Source: an uncultured Bacillales bacterium (GTDB lineage Bacteria > Bacillota_I > Bacilli_A > RFN20 > CAG-449). Taken from it: a stretch of 64,000 bases of DNA. Shown piece after piece: positions 28,860 through 38,189 of this stretch. Where the stretch lies: assembly GCA_945873815.1 (NCBI GenBank), contig CAMCEE010000001.1, positions 75,897 to 139,896 of the forward strand, read 5' to 3'. The notes beneath the pieces were generated by a model. The model did no database searches. It worked only from the letters and a program-made list of their open reading frames with translations, and was not told where the DNA came from. The position numbers were made by a program, and so were the translations under genes. Position 1 is the first letter of the stretch. The number at the start of each line of letters is the position of its first letter.

Positions 28860-30488
28860 ATGCTAAATAAAAGAAATAAGTGGAGTCTTTCTATTGGCTG
28901 TATTGGTAGAGATTTATGCTATACGCTTGTTAGTCTATTTCTTCTAACATATATCCAATACACTGGACTTGTAAACACTGAACAATTTATTGCATTGACA
29001 ATCATTATTGTCTTATGTCGTGTTTGGGATGCGATTAATGATCCGATGATGGGAACAATCATCACAAATACCAACACGCGATTTGGTAAATATCGTCCAT
29101 GGGTATTAATTGGAGCAGTATCTAATGCAGTAGTCTTAGTATTATTATTTACTGTTAGATTCCAAAATGGCTGGGCAAATGTTGCATTCTTAGGAATTAT
29201 GTATCTTTTATGGGGTATGACATTTACTATGAATGACATTTCATACTGGGATTTATTACCAGCTTTAACAAGCGATAAAAAAGAAAGAGATAACTTAACA
29301 ACTTTAGTTGCAGTATTCGCCTCAGTTGGTGCATTTGCTTCAGGAGGAATAGTACCTCTACTTACAACAGGAAATATGGTTAATGCTTATAGATGGATTT
29401 CAATCATCTTTGCAGCAGTATTCCTATTATGTCAATTATTAGTTTTCTTCTTCGTTCACGATAATAAAGATGATTCTTTTATCGTTGCTCGTCATCCTGA
29501 AAACGAAAAGAAAGAAAAGAAAGAAAAAATTAACCTAAAAGGAATGGTTAAGATTCTTATTGGAAATAAGCAATTACTCGTTATGGCGGGTGTTATTTTC
29601 TTATATTCATTAGGTAGCGCAATTCTTAATGCGTTCGGTCAAAATTTCTTCTACTTTAAATTTGGATATTTAGGTAAAGAAGGTGGAATGGGTGGAGGAA
29701 CAATGATGTTTATCTTTACTGTAGTTTATGCAGTGGGTACATTATTATCTCAAGCAGTATATCCATTTTTAGCTAATAGATTTAAAAGAAAAAAATTAAT
29801 GGATTTTTCGATTATTAGCTTAGTTGCTGGCTATGTCGCATTCTTTATTTTTGCGAATGTGTTAGGAGGAACCATTGGATTTATCGTCCTATGTATCCTT
29901 GGCGTACTTATCTTTATCGGACAAGGCGTATTCTATTTAACAATGCTAGTTATGTTAACTAATACTATTGAATATGGTGAATGGAAGACGGGTAGAAATG
30001 ATGCTGCAATTGCTTTTACTGTTAGACCATTCATGGTTAAATTAGCTTCTGCATTACAATATGGAATTGTTGCAATTACACTTGTTATTTGCCAATTGAC
30101 AAAGATTACTGATGCAGCAGGACAAATTGAGGTTGTTATAGGAATCGTAAAAGAAGGTGGAATTGCACCAAATGCTATTGCAGTAACTGAATATTTAAGC
30201 ACTAATTATGGATTAAGTGCAGATACGATATTAAGAATCGGAACATGTATTGGGGCAGCAACTGATATTAATGGAGTAGTTGCTGGTTTACAACAATATG
30301 AAAACGGCTTATTCAATGCTTCAGCAGGATCAATGTGGGGCTTAACTGCAGTGATGTGCGTCCTTCCAATTGTTCTATTTGTAGTTGCTTGGATCTTCCA
30401 AAAGAAAAAATATATTATCGATGAGGAATTGTACGATGATATATGCAAAGATTTAAAAAAGAAAAAAGAAGTTAAAGAAAATGCATAG
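28860..30488 (+). CDS. GPH-family (MelB-like, MFS_2) sugar:cation symporter
   Basis: GPH signature RVWDAINDPMMGTIITNTNTRFGKYRPWVL and 12 TM segments. Confidence 0.75.
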   Translation: MLNKRNKWSLSIGCIGRDLCYTLVSLFLLTYIQYTGLVNTEQFIALTIIIVLCRVWDAINDPMMGTIITNTNTRFGKYRPWVLIGAVSNAVVLVLLFTVRFQNGWANVAFLGIMYLLWGMTFTMNDISYWDLLPALTSDKKERDNLTTLVAVFASVGAFASGGIVPLLTTGNMVNAYRWISIIFAAVFLLCQLLVFFFVHDNKDDSFIVARHPENEKKEKKEKINLKGMVKILIGNKQLLVMAGVIFLYSLGSAILNAFGQNFFYFKFGYLGKEGGMGGGTMMFIFTVVYAVGTLLSQAVYPFLANRFKRKKLMDFSIISLVAGYVAFFIFANVLGGTIGFIVLCILGVLIFIGQGVFYLTMLVMLTNTIEYGEWKTGRNDAAIAFTVRPFMVKLASALQYGIVAITLVICQLTKITDAAGQIEVVIGIVKEGGIAPNAIAVTEYLSTNYGLSADTILRIGTCIGAATDINGVVAGLQQYENGLFNASAGSMWGLTAVMCVLPIVLFVVAWIFQKKKYIIDEELYDDICKDLKKKKEVKENA

Positions 30489-30608
30489 AATTGAAAGCCT
30501 ATCATTAGGCGATTTCTAAAGAAATAAAAGAATACTATTTATTTTTTTCTGAGTATGTAGTATTCTTTTTAATGTAATAATATTTTGAAAAAAGGAGAAG
30601 AATTTACA

Positions 30609-31292
30609 ATGAAAAAAAGATTATTATTAGCATCATTATTAGCAGTTGCTGCTTTAGCAAGCTGTGGTGGAAAGGAATCTTCAAGCACACCAGTTTCATC
30701 AACACCTGCAACAAGTGAAGTTGCAACAAGTGAAACACCAGCAACATCAGAAGCACCAGCAACATCAGAAGCACCAGCAACAAGTGAAGCACCTGCAGGC
30801 ACACCTCTTGCAACTTATGATTTCACAGGATTAACAGAAGCTACTCTATCAGGAGAAGCAACTGTAGATACCATTTCTAAATTATTTGCAAATGTAACAG
30901 GAACAAATGTAATTGCTTCATATGCAAACGTAGCTAAGGTATATAATGGAAATGGAAAAGGCGGAGCAAAAGAAGACCAATTTGGAATGATTAAAATGGG
31001 AACAGGCAAAGCTCAAGGAACTTTCACAATTAATTTGAATGCAGGCGTTACTGTTAGCAAAGTAGTAGTTAAAGTACATAGCTTCTATGCTGCATCAGAA
31101 AAATTTCCAGAAAATTCAAATTATTTAAAAGTTAACGAAGTAAATAAAGCATCCGGATATAATGCAACGGCTACTCCAGAAGATGTAACATATAATATTA
31201 CAGCAGCATCTTCTATTACATTTACATCTACAAATGCAGATGGCACTGGTGTTGGTAGAGTATGCATTTATTCAATTGCTTTATACGCATAA
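30609..31292 (+). CDS. Lipoprotein with tandem PATSEA repeats
   Basis: MKKRLLLASLLAVAALASCGG lipobox, followed by TSETPATSEAPATSEAPATSEAPA. ATG at 30609 with RBS AAGGAGAAG. Confidence 0.6.
   Translation: MKKRLLLASLLAVAALASCGGKESSSTPVSSTPATSEVATSETPATSEAPATSEAPATSEAPAGTPLATYDFTGLTEATLSGEATVDTISKLFANVTGTNVIASYANVAKVYNGNGKGGAKEDQFGMIKMGTGKAQGTFTINLNAGVTVSKVVVKVHSFYAASEKFPENSNYLKVNEVNKASGYNATATPEDVTYNITAASSITFTSTNADGTGVGRVCIYSIALYA
30700..30795. repeat. Tandem 18-bp coding repeats (CCAGCAACATCAGAAGCA), about four copies
   Basis: Direct nucleotide repeats that encode PATSEA inside the lipoprotein gene. Confidence 0.6.
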
Positions 31293-31431
31293 TTCATTTA
31301 TTTAAAAAAAATTGAATCATAAAAGTTCTCTAGATTTCTAGGGAGCTTTTCTTTTGCGATTATTTATAAAATAAATTTTATAACCAATTTTTTATGAATT
31401 GTGTTAATCTATTTGTATAGGAGATGGTTTT

Positions 31432-32637
31432 ATGCTTTCTATTAGAAGACTTTATAAAATAGGTAATGGCCCTTCTTCATCACATACGATGGGCCCTAGT
31501 AATGCAACTAAATATATTATTTCGCATTATGCAGATGCTACTTATTTTGAAGTGACTTTATTTGGTTCTTTGGCTCTTACTGGTAAGGGGCACTTAACTG
31601 ATGTGATTATTTCAAAGATATTTGGAGATAGGAAACATAAGATTATTTTTGATTATAGTACTATTAAAGAACATCCTAATACTATGGTTTATAAGATTTA
31701 TAGGAATGATATTTTAATAGATGAAGTTACAATTGTATCGATTGGTGGAGGACTTATTTCCATCGAGGGAGTAAAAGAGGAAGATGAAATTGAAGTGTAT
31801 CCTCATAAAAACTTTAATGAGATTAAATCTTATTGCTTAGAGAATAATATTTCATTAATCGATTATATTGATAGATTTGAAAGAGATGGTATTAGAGATT
31901 ATATAGAAGAAATCTATAAAGTCATGATTGATAGTATTGAAAGAGGGTTAAAAAAAGAAGGAGTATTACCTGGAAAATTAAGGGTTTCTAGGAAAGCTAA
32001 GGAAATATATTCTAGAGTAATACCTGAGGAACGTTCTTCAAGAAGAGAGAAAAGACTTATTAGTGCGTTTGCTTTTGCATCAGCAGAAGAAAATGCGAGT
32101 GGTGGAGAAGTAGTAACTGCACCTACTTGTGGTTCTTGTGGAATAATTCCTAGTTTAGTTAAATATTATGAAGAACAAGGATATTCTCATAAAGAGATTA
32201 TTGATGCGATGATGGTGGCTGGATTAATTGGACTTATCGTTTCTCAAAATGCTTCTATTTCTGGGGCTGAATGTGGGTGCCAAGCAGAGATTGGTACTGC
32301 TTCTTCTATGGGAGCAGCATTTGTTAGTTATTTAAAAGGTAAGAATATCAATGCGATTGAAAGAGCAGCAGAGATTGCAATGGAACATTGTTTAGGACTA
32401 ACTTGTGATCCTGTTGATGGATATGTGCAAATCCCTTGTATTGAAAGAAATGCAATTGGGGCTTTAAGAGCGATTGAAGCATCAACTTTAACAGAATTTA
32501 TTGGAGATACTATCTCAAAGATTTCTTTTGATGTCGTTGTTGATACGATGTATGAAACGGGGAAAGATTTAAATAAGGTTTATCGAGAAACTAGCATCGG
32601 TGGACTTGCGAAGAAGTATATAGGAGATAAAAGATGA
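31432..32637 (+). CDS. sdaA: L-serine dehydratase, iron-sulfur dependent, single-chain form
   Basis: GNGPSSSHTMGP motif and C-terminal Cys-containing region (CGSCG ... CGCQAEIG). Confidence 0.8.
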   Translation: MLSIRRLYKIGNGPSSSHTMGPSNATKYIISHYADATYFEVTLFGSLALTGKGHLTDVIISKIFGDRKHKIIFDYSTIKEHPNTMVYKIYRNDILIDEVTIVSIGGGLISIEGVKEEDEIEVYPHKNFNEIKSYCLENNISLIDYIDRFERDGIRDYIEEIYKVMIDSIERGLKKEGVLPGKLRVSRKAKEIYSRVIPEERSSRREKRLISAFAFASAEENASGGEVVTAPTCGSCGIIPSLVKYYEEQGYSHKEIIDAMMVAGLIGLIVSQNASISGAECGCQAEIGTASSMGAAFVSYLKGKNINAIERAAEIAMEHCLGLTCDPVDGYVQIPCIERNAIGALRAIEASTLTEFIGDTISKISFDVVVDTMYETGKDLNKVYRETSIGGLAKKYIGDKR

Positions 32638-33167
32638 ATATTTGGAGAGATGTTAGAAAAGAAAGAGTTAGTAAAGAAAAATTTGTTGCTTGTATTGAAA
32701 TTTCTAAAGGCAGTAAGATGAAATATGAGCTTGATAAGGAGACAGGAAGATTGATTCTTGATAGAGTATTATATACTTCTACTCATTATCCATATAATTA
32801 TGGATTTATTCCATTGACATATGCGGAAGATAAAGATCCTTTAGATGTACTCGTAATCTGTTTTGAACCTATTCAACCATTGTGCCTTGTCAATTGTTAT
32901 CCAATTGGAGTAATGGAGATGATTGATTCTGAAGATAGAGATGAAAAGATTTTGGCGATTTGTTCAAATGATCCTTCTTTGAATTGTTTTAAGGATGTTA
33001 GTGAACTTCCTTCACATATCCTTGATGAAATCAAACATTTCTTTAAGGTTTATAAGCAATTGGAAGGAAAAACAACCTACGTCAGTGAGATTAAGGGTGC
33101 GGAAGAAGCAAAAATTTGCATTGAAAAAGCATTGAAGTCTTATGAGGAGACTTTTGGAGGAAAATAA
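32634..33167 (+). CDS. ppa: Inorganic pyrophosphatase, family I
   Basis: YPYNYGFIP and DKDPLDVLVI active-site motifs. Start overlaps the upstream stop (ATGA). Confidence 0.85.
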   Translation: MNIWRDVRKERVSKEKFVACIEISKGSKMKYELDKETGRLILDRVLYTSTHYPYNYGFIPLTYAEDKDPLDVLVICFEPIQPLCLVNCYPIGVMEMIDSEDRDEKILAICSNDPSLNCFKDVSELPSHILDEIKHFFKVYKQLEGKTTYVSEIKGAEEAKICIEKALKSYEETFGGK

Positions 33168-33168
33168 T

Positions 33169-35100
33169 ATGAAAAAGAAGCATGGAATAATTCTCTTATC
33201 GGCACTATTATTATCTTCTTGTTCTTTTTTTGGTGGATCTAATAGTAATACTTCTAATGGTAATTCATCAAATAACACAAACATTAATAATAATTCATCA
33301 TCTGTTCCTTTAAATAAAGCAGGATTAAATGATATCGATGAGATTAATAAGTCTTTATTGTTCTCGGATTTATTTGATTTAGGTAATAAGGTTGAGATCT
33401 CTTTAAATATTGATCGTGATAATTTTGATAAACTAAATAATGATTATTTGACTGGCTTGAAATCGGAGATATATCATCATGCAGAGTCGGTGGAAATTAA
33501 GATTACAAAAGAAGGTAAAGTTTATAGAAGCGTATTCCATGATGTAGGTATTCGTCAAAAGGGGAATACATCTAGACAAGAGATTTATGATGAAAACGGG
33601 AATCTAAATTATAATCATTATAAGATTTCTTTTAATGAACTTTTTGATGATGTGAAGATGTATGGGGGAGAATCATACGATTACTCTAATGATGCATCAT
33701 ATTATGATTACATTGATAATCGTGAATTATTAGGGATGAGCGGAATCGATATCAAATGGAATAAGAATTATGATGCAACGCATATTAAAGAAATTCAAGC
33801 GTCAAAAATATATGAAGATAATGGAATATTAGCTCAACATGTTGGGTTAACTACATTTAAGATTTCAAATACTACGAGTAATGTATCATTAGATATGGGT
33901 GTTTGTAGTTTATTTGAGCAAGGTAATAAATCCCTTATTAAAAGGTCGTTAAAATCGGGTAAATCGTATTTGAACTTTGCTTCATGGAAAGAGGAAAGTG
34001 CAGGAACATATGGCGTACCTGCGGTCAAGTATGGTGATTTATATAAAGTTAGCTATGGAGTAGGAGAAGGTTCTTACGGAAATGGTGGGGATTTATCTTC
34101 TAGTTCTGGAAATGGCTCACGTATTGGAGTTGGAAATATTTCAGGAAGTTATATTCCTGTTTATGAAAGAAAGACTAATACTGATGTTAGTTACGATGAT
34201 GGTCTTTTAAAAGGATTATTAAATGCAAATGGAATAAGTGATTACGCTTCTAAAATGGATTTAGATTATTTTTCTCTTGTTGAAGCTTGTAATTATTTTA
34301 TTGGTAATCCTGATGATTTTAAGAATAATAACAATAACTATATGATTTACTTTAGAAGAACTGATGGGAAGGCAGTTATTATTCCAATTGATAACGATAG
34401 ATGCTTTGGAATTACTAAAGATTATGATCCTGATGGTCATGGAATGATGGAAAAAGGTCCTCTTTCTCAAAGAAGAGCTACTGGCGGGGACGTTAATAAA
34501 TTATTTAAGGCTTTCTTGAATTCTAATGAATATAAGGCAAAATATTTAGAGAATTTAGAAAAGATATCGAAATCTGAAGTTATTAAGAATGAATCGTTTG
34601 AATCGTTATACAATAAGGCTAAAGCTACATATGGAGATAATTCTTCTTATGATGGAAATGGTAAGATACAATATTTCTTCTCTCTTAGCAAAGTTCAAGG
34701 TAATTATACTTATAGTGAATATATGAATGCTAAATTAACCCTTTTAAGTAATGAATTAAAAGGTGTAGAAGAGATGAAGGATGGGAATTATGGTGATGTA
34801 TATCTAAATGGCTCATTCGTTGATTGGAATGGGGGAAAATCCTATAAACTAACTTACAATGGCGAAGGAAATTATGAGATTACATTTACTCCTAATAAAG
34901 TCGAAAATAATCAAATTAAATGCAAGTTATATGATGGTGAAGATTATTCACGTATTGATTGGGTTATCGTTGACGGCACTACTTTAAATTTAAATGGAAA
35001 GAATAGTAGTTCATTTATTATTTCTAATGTTTCTACTAGCAGTTCTATAACTATTAAGGTGAATACTTTATCCAAAGTATGTAGTATTGAAATCAAATAG
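33169..35100 (+). CDS. Lipoprotein, hypothetical (possible CotH-like domain)
   Basis: MKKKHGIILLSALLLSSC lipobox and N/S-rich linker. YMIYFRRTDGKAVIIPIDNDRCFG is weakly CotH-like, which I cannot confirm. Confidence 0.5.
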   Translation: MKKKHGIILLSALLLSSCSFFGGSNSNTSNGNSSNNTNINNNSSSVPLNKAGLNDIDEINKSLLFSDLFDLGNKVEISLNIDRDNFDKLNNDYLTGLKSEIYHHAESVEIKITKEGKVYRSVFHDVGIRQKGNTSRQEIYDENGNLNYNHYKISFNELFDDVKMYGGESYDYSNDASYYDYIDNRELLGMSGIDIKWNKNYDATHIKEIQASKIYEDNGILAQHVGLTTFKISNTTSNVSLDMGVCSLFEQGNKSLIKRSLKSGKSYLNFASWKEESAGTYGVPAVKYGDLYKVSYGVGEGSYGNGGDLSSSSGNGSRIGVGNISGSYIPVYERKTNTDVSYDDGLLKGLLNANGISDYASKMDLDYFSLVEACNYFIGNPDDFKNNNNNYMIYFRRTDGKAVIIPIDNDRCFGITKDYDPDGHGMMEKGPLSQRRATGGDVNKLFKAFLNSNEYKAKYLENLEKISKSEVIKNESFESLYNKAKATYGDNSSYDGNGKIQYFFSLSKVQGNYTYSEYMNAKLTLLSNELKGVEEMKDGNYGDVYLNGSFVDWNGGKSYKLTYNGEGNYEITFTPNKVENNQIKCKLYDGEDYSRIDWVIVDGTTLNLNGKNSSSFIISNVSTSSSITIKVNTLSKVCSIEIK

Positions 35101-35372
35101 ATTTGAATAAATATATAAGTTTTGGAAATAATCTATGAAGAATTCCTATTGAAATACATAGGAGTTTTTCATTTGTGAATTAATTTTTTTAGATAACTAT
35201 TTGTTTAGGAAAGGTTTGATTTCATTTTTTTAATCGAAATGACTGAAAAAGAAATATTAATAACCTATAGAAATAGTGATGAAATTGGATCATCAATTAA
35301 TTCTAAAATAGAATACATCCTTGATACTGAACTAATCTTAAAACAAAAAACTGTTCTTTAGGCAAATGGGAT

Positions 35373-35419
35373 GAAAATTAGTTATTTTGATGAGATCAAT
35401 AAGGAACTTACGACTTCAG
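35373..35419. repeat. ~47-bp direct repeat, copy A (flanks the ATPase cassette)
   Basis: GAAAATTAGTTATTTTGATGAGATCAATAAGGAACTTACGACTTCAG is about 85% identical to the copy at 36936..36982. Confidence 0.6.
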
Positions 35420-35483
35420 TTATATAAAAATAAAAAAGTTAACATTATTGTAAAATTGAGGTTATGGCGTTGGTTTCAAATCG

Positions 35484-35590
35484 GGAAAAGTGTGGAACTC
35501 CACAAAAAAGCGGAATAGGATTCTTGAAAAAATATAATAAGTAATGATATAATTAATTCGGAAAAAGTGTGGAACTCCACAAAAAAGGAG
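35484..35590 (+). promoter_or_regulatory. Promoter (TTGAAA-17-TATAAT) bracketed by two 28-nt palindrome-containing direct repeats
   Basis: GAAAAGTGTGGAACTCCACAAAAAAG occurs twice (about 35484 and 35561), each containing the perfect palindrome TGTGGA-AC-TCCACA. The second copy spans the 5'UTR and RBS of the ATPase gene. Confidence 0.4.
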
Positions 35591-35596
35591 ATTGCA

Positions 35597-36907
35597 ATGA
35601 TTTGTAGAGAAAAATATCTAAATGAATTAATAAAAGCAAAGAACAACGGATTTCCTAAGGTTATTACTGGGATAAGACGATGTGGGAAATCGTATTTATT
35701 GAATAATATTTATAAAGAATATTTATTGTCTTCGGGCGTTAAATGTGAAAATATCATAAACTTAGATTTGACTATGGTATCGAACGCGTATTATCGTGAT
35801 CCAATTTTTTTATACGAACATATTGTTGAAATTACAAAAAAATCTAAGGATATTAATTATGTTATTATTGATGAGATACAAGAAGTATATTCAATTGTGA
35901 ATCCTGCATTAACAAAAGGAGAGCATGTTAAAGCAAAATCAAGAGATGAAAATATAATTTCATTCGTTGACGTAATATTAGACTTGGCATCATTAGATAA
36001 TATTGATTTATATGTAACTGGTTCTAATTCCAAAATGCTTTCGACAGATATTGTTACGGAATTTAGAGATAAAGCTACTAATATTAGATTGCAACCATTA
36101 TCTTATGAGGAATTTTATAATTATAAAAAAATTGATGAAACAAAGGCGTTAACTGAATACATGATATATGGAGGAATGCCTCTAGCAGTTTTAAAAGATG
36201 GGATTGAAAAAGAAAATTACTTAAAAGATTTATTCGAAACAACATATATCAAGGATATAATTGATAGAAAGAAATTTAGAAAAGTTGAAGCTTTAGATGA
36301 AATATGTACGATGTTATCAACGTGTGTTGGTGATTTAATTAATTCAGAAAAGATTGCTAATCTATATAAGGAAAGGACGAATAATAGAATTGATTCAGAT
36401 ACAGTAAATACATATATTAATTCTTTTATAGATTCATTCATTTTATCTGAAGCAATTAGATACGATTTAAAGGGAAAAAATTTAATTACTTCGACGAAAA
36501 AATACTATTATATTGATAATGGATTAAGAAATGCTAGATTGAACTTTGTTTATGGCGATTCAGGAAAAATGCTTGAGAATGTTATATACAACGAATTAAT
36601 CTACAATAATTATAAAGTAAATGTTGGAACATTTGATATTTTCGAAAATGATAAGAATGGAAAGACTACAAGAAAATCACTTGAAGTCGATTTTTTGGCT
36701 GTGAGAGGCAACCAAATGTATTATATACAAGTGTGCGATAACTATTCCGATGATAAAACAAAGAAAAGAGAAGTTAAACCATATATTTCACTAAATGATC
36801 AAATACAAAAAATAATTGTAATTAATTGTCCTATATCTGAACATAGAGATGAAAACGGATTTACAATAATTGGTGCTTCTGAATTTATGCTTAGATTTAT
36901 AAAATAA
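35597..36907 (+). CDS. AAA+ ATPase, COG1373 family (AAA_14 + DUF4143), intact paralog of the window-edge gene
   Basis: Walker A GIRRCGKSYLLNNIY, Walker B VIIDEIQE and DUF4143-like C-terminus. The ATG at 35597 has an RBS (AAGGAG); the ORF-track start at 35567 lies inside the operator repeat. Confidence 0.8.
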   Translation: MICREKYLNELIKAKNNGFPKVITGIRRCGKSYLLNNIYKEYLLSSGVKCENIINLDLTMVSNAYYRDPIFLYEHIVEITKKSKDINYVIIDEIQEVYSIVNPALTKGEHVKAKSRDENIISFVDVILDLASLDNIDLYVTGSNSKMLSTDIVTEFRDKATNIRLQPLSYEEFYNYKKIDETKALTEYMIYGGMPLAVLKDGIEKENYLKDLFETTYIKDIIDRKKFRKVEALDEICTMLSTCVGDLINSEKIANLYKERTNNRIDSDTVNTYINSFIDSFILSEAIRYDLKGKNLITSTKKYYYIDNGLRNARLNFVYGDSGKMLENVIYNELIYNNYKVNVGTFDIFENDKNGKTTRKSLEVDFLAVRGNQMYYIQVCDNYSDDKTKKREVKPYISLNDQIQKIIVINCPISEHRDENGFTIIGASEFMLRFIK

Positions 36908-36935
36908 TGAGAACATAAAAAGATGATAATGGAAT

Positions 36936-36982
36936 GGAAACTAGTTATTTTGATGAGATTAATAAAGAGCTTACGGCTTTAG
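36936..36982. repeat. ~47-bp direct repeat, copy B
   Basis: GGAAACTAGTTATTTTGATGAGATTAATAAAGAGCTTACGGCTTTAG; see copy A. Confidence 0.6.
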
Positions 36983-37242
36983 ATAAACGATAATAAAAAG
37001 TTAATGAAGTGGAATGATTATGTTAATGAGTTTTCGTTATTTTATGCAAACACATCCAAGCGTTTCAAAAAATGAAAAAAATTAAGAAAAACGCTTGATT
37101 GATGATTTTTGTTAGTATAAAATGAATAAGCGTGTGTCAATGACACTGCGTTTCAGGTGCCTTGCATCTATTTTTTAAGAGAAATGTTGAAACGCCCGGT
37201 GTTGTTGCTTACATATAAATATTTAGGAAAGGAGAATTTCAA

Positions 37243-37662
37243 ATGCCAACAATTAACCAATTAGTTCGTAATGGACGTTCAGAAATGGTAGAGAAATCCA
37301 AAGCTCCAGCTCTTAATAAACGCTGGAATTCACTCGCAAAGAAAACAATTAACCAAAACGCTGCTCAAAAGCGTGGAGTTTGTACTCGTGTAGGTACTAT
37401 GACTCCTAAAAAGCCTAACTCAGCTTTACGTAAGTATGCTCGTGTACGCTTAAGTAATGGTTATGAAGTCACTGCTTATATCGGTGGTGAAGGACACAAC
37501 TTACAAGAACACAGTACTGTTTTAATTCGTGGTGGCCGTGTTAAGGATTTACCTGGTGTTCGTTACCATATTATCCGTGGTACATTAGACTGTGCAGGTG
37601 TTGCTGATAGAAAACAAGGCAGATCACTCTACGGTGCTAAAAAACCAAAAGAAGCAAAGTAA
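37243..37662 (+). CDS. rpsL: 30S ribosomal protein S12
   Basis: [12 protein letters not shown] ... highly conserved sequence. Confidence 0.95.
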   Translation: MPTINQLVRNGRSEMVEKSKAPALNKRWNSLAKKTINQNAAQKRGVCTRVGTMTPKKPNSALRKYARVRLSNGYEVTAYIGGEGHNLQEHSTVLIRGGRVKDLPGVRYHIIRGTLDCAGVADRKQGRSLYGAKKPKEAK

Positions 37663-37700
37663 TTCAAGTATATAAAATTTAAAAAGAAAGGAGCAATTTT

Positions 37701-38171
37701 ATGCCAAGAAGAGGAAACGTTGCAAAACGTGATGTGTTACCAGATCCAATTTATAATTCAAAATTAGTAACACGTTTAATTAATAAGATTATGATTGATG
37801 GTAAAAAAGGTGTTGCACAAAATATTCTTTACACATCATTCAACAAAGTCGAAGCAAAAACAGGAAAACCAGCAATGGAAGTTTTCGAAGTTGCAATCGG
37901 CAATATTATGCCAGCTCTCGAATTAAAGATGAGAAGAGTTGGTGGTTCTAACTACCAAGTTCCAGTTGAAGTTTCAGCTGAAAGAAGAGTCACATTAGGC
38001 TTAAGATGGTTAGTTAACTATGCTCGTTTAAGAAACGAAAAAACTATGGAAGATAAATTAGCAGCAGAAATCATTGATGCAGCTAATGGTACAGGCGCTT
38101 CAGTAAAGAAGAGAGAAGATGTACATAAGATGGCAGAAGCAAATAAGGCTTACGCTCACTATAGATGGTAA
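37701..38171 (+). CDS. rpsG: 30S ribosomal protein S7
   Basis: [28 protein letters not shown] ... conserved sequence. Confidence 0.95.
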   Translation: MPRRGNVAKRDVLPDPIYNSKLVTRLINKIMIDGKKGVAQNILYTSFNKVEAKTGKPAMEVFEVAIGNIMPALELKMRRVGGSNYQVPVEVSAERRVTLGLRWLVNYARLRNEKTMEDKLAAEIIDAANGTGASVKKREDVHKMAEANKAYAHYRW

Positions 38172-38189
38172 TCGGAGGAGTTAACTAAT

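Noticed and set aside
30569-31009. Three minus-strand ORFs (64-77 aa) opposite the PATSEA-repeat lipoprotein gene.
   Set aside because: They are antisense artefacts of the repeat and Ala/Thr-rich coding region.
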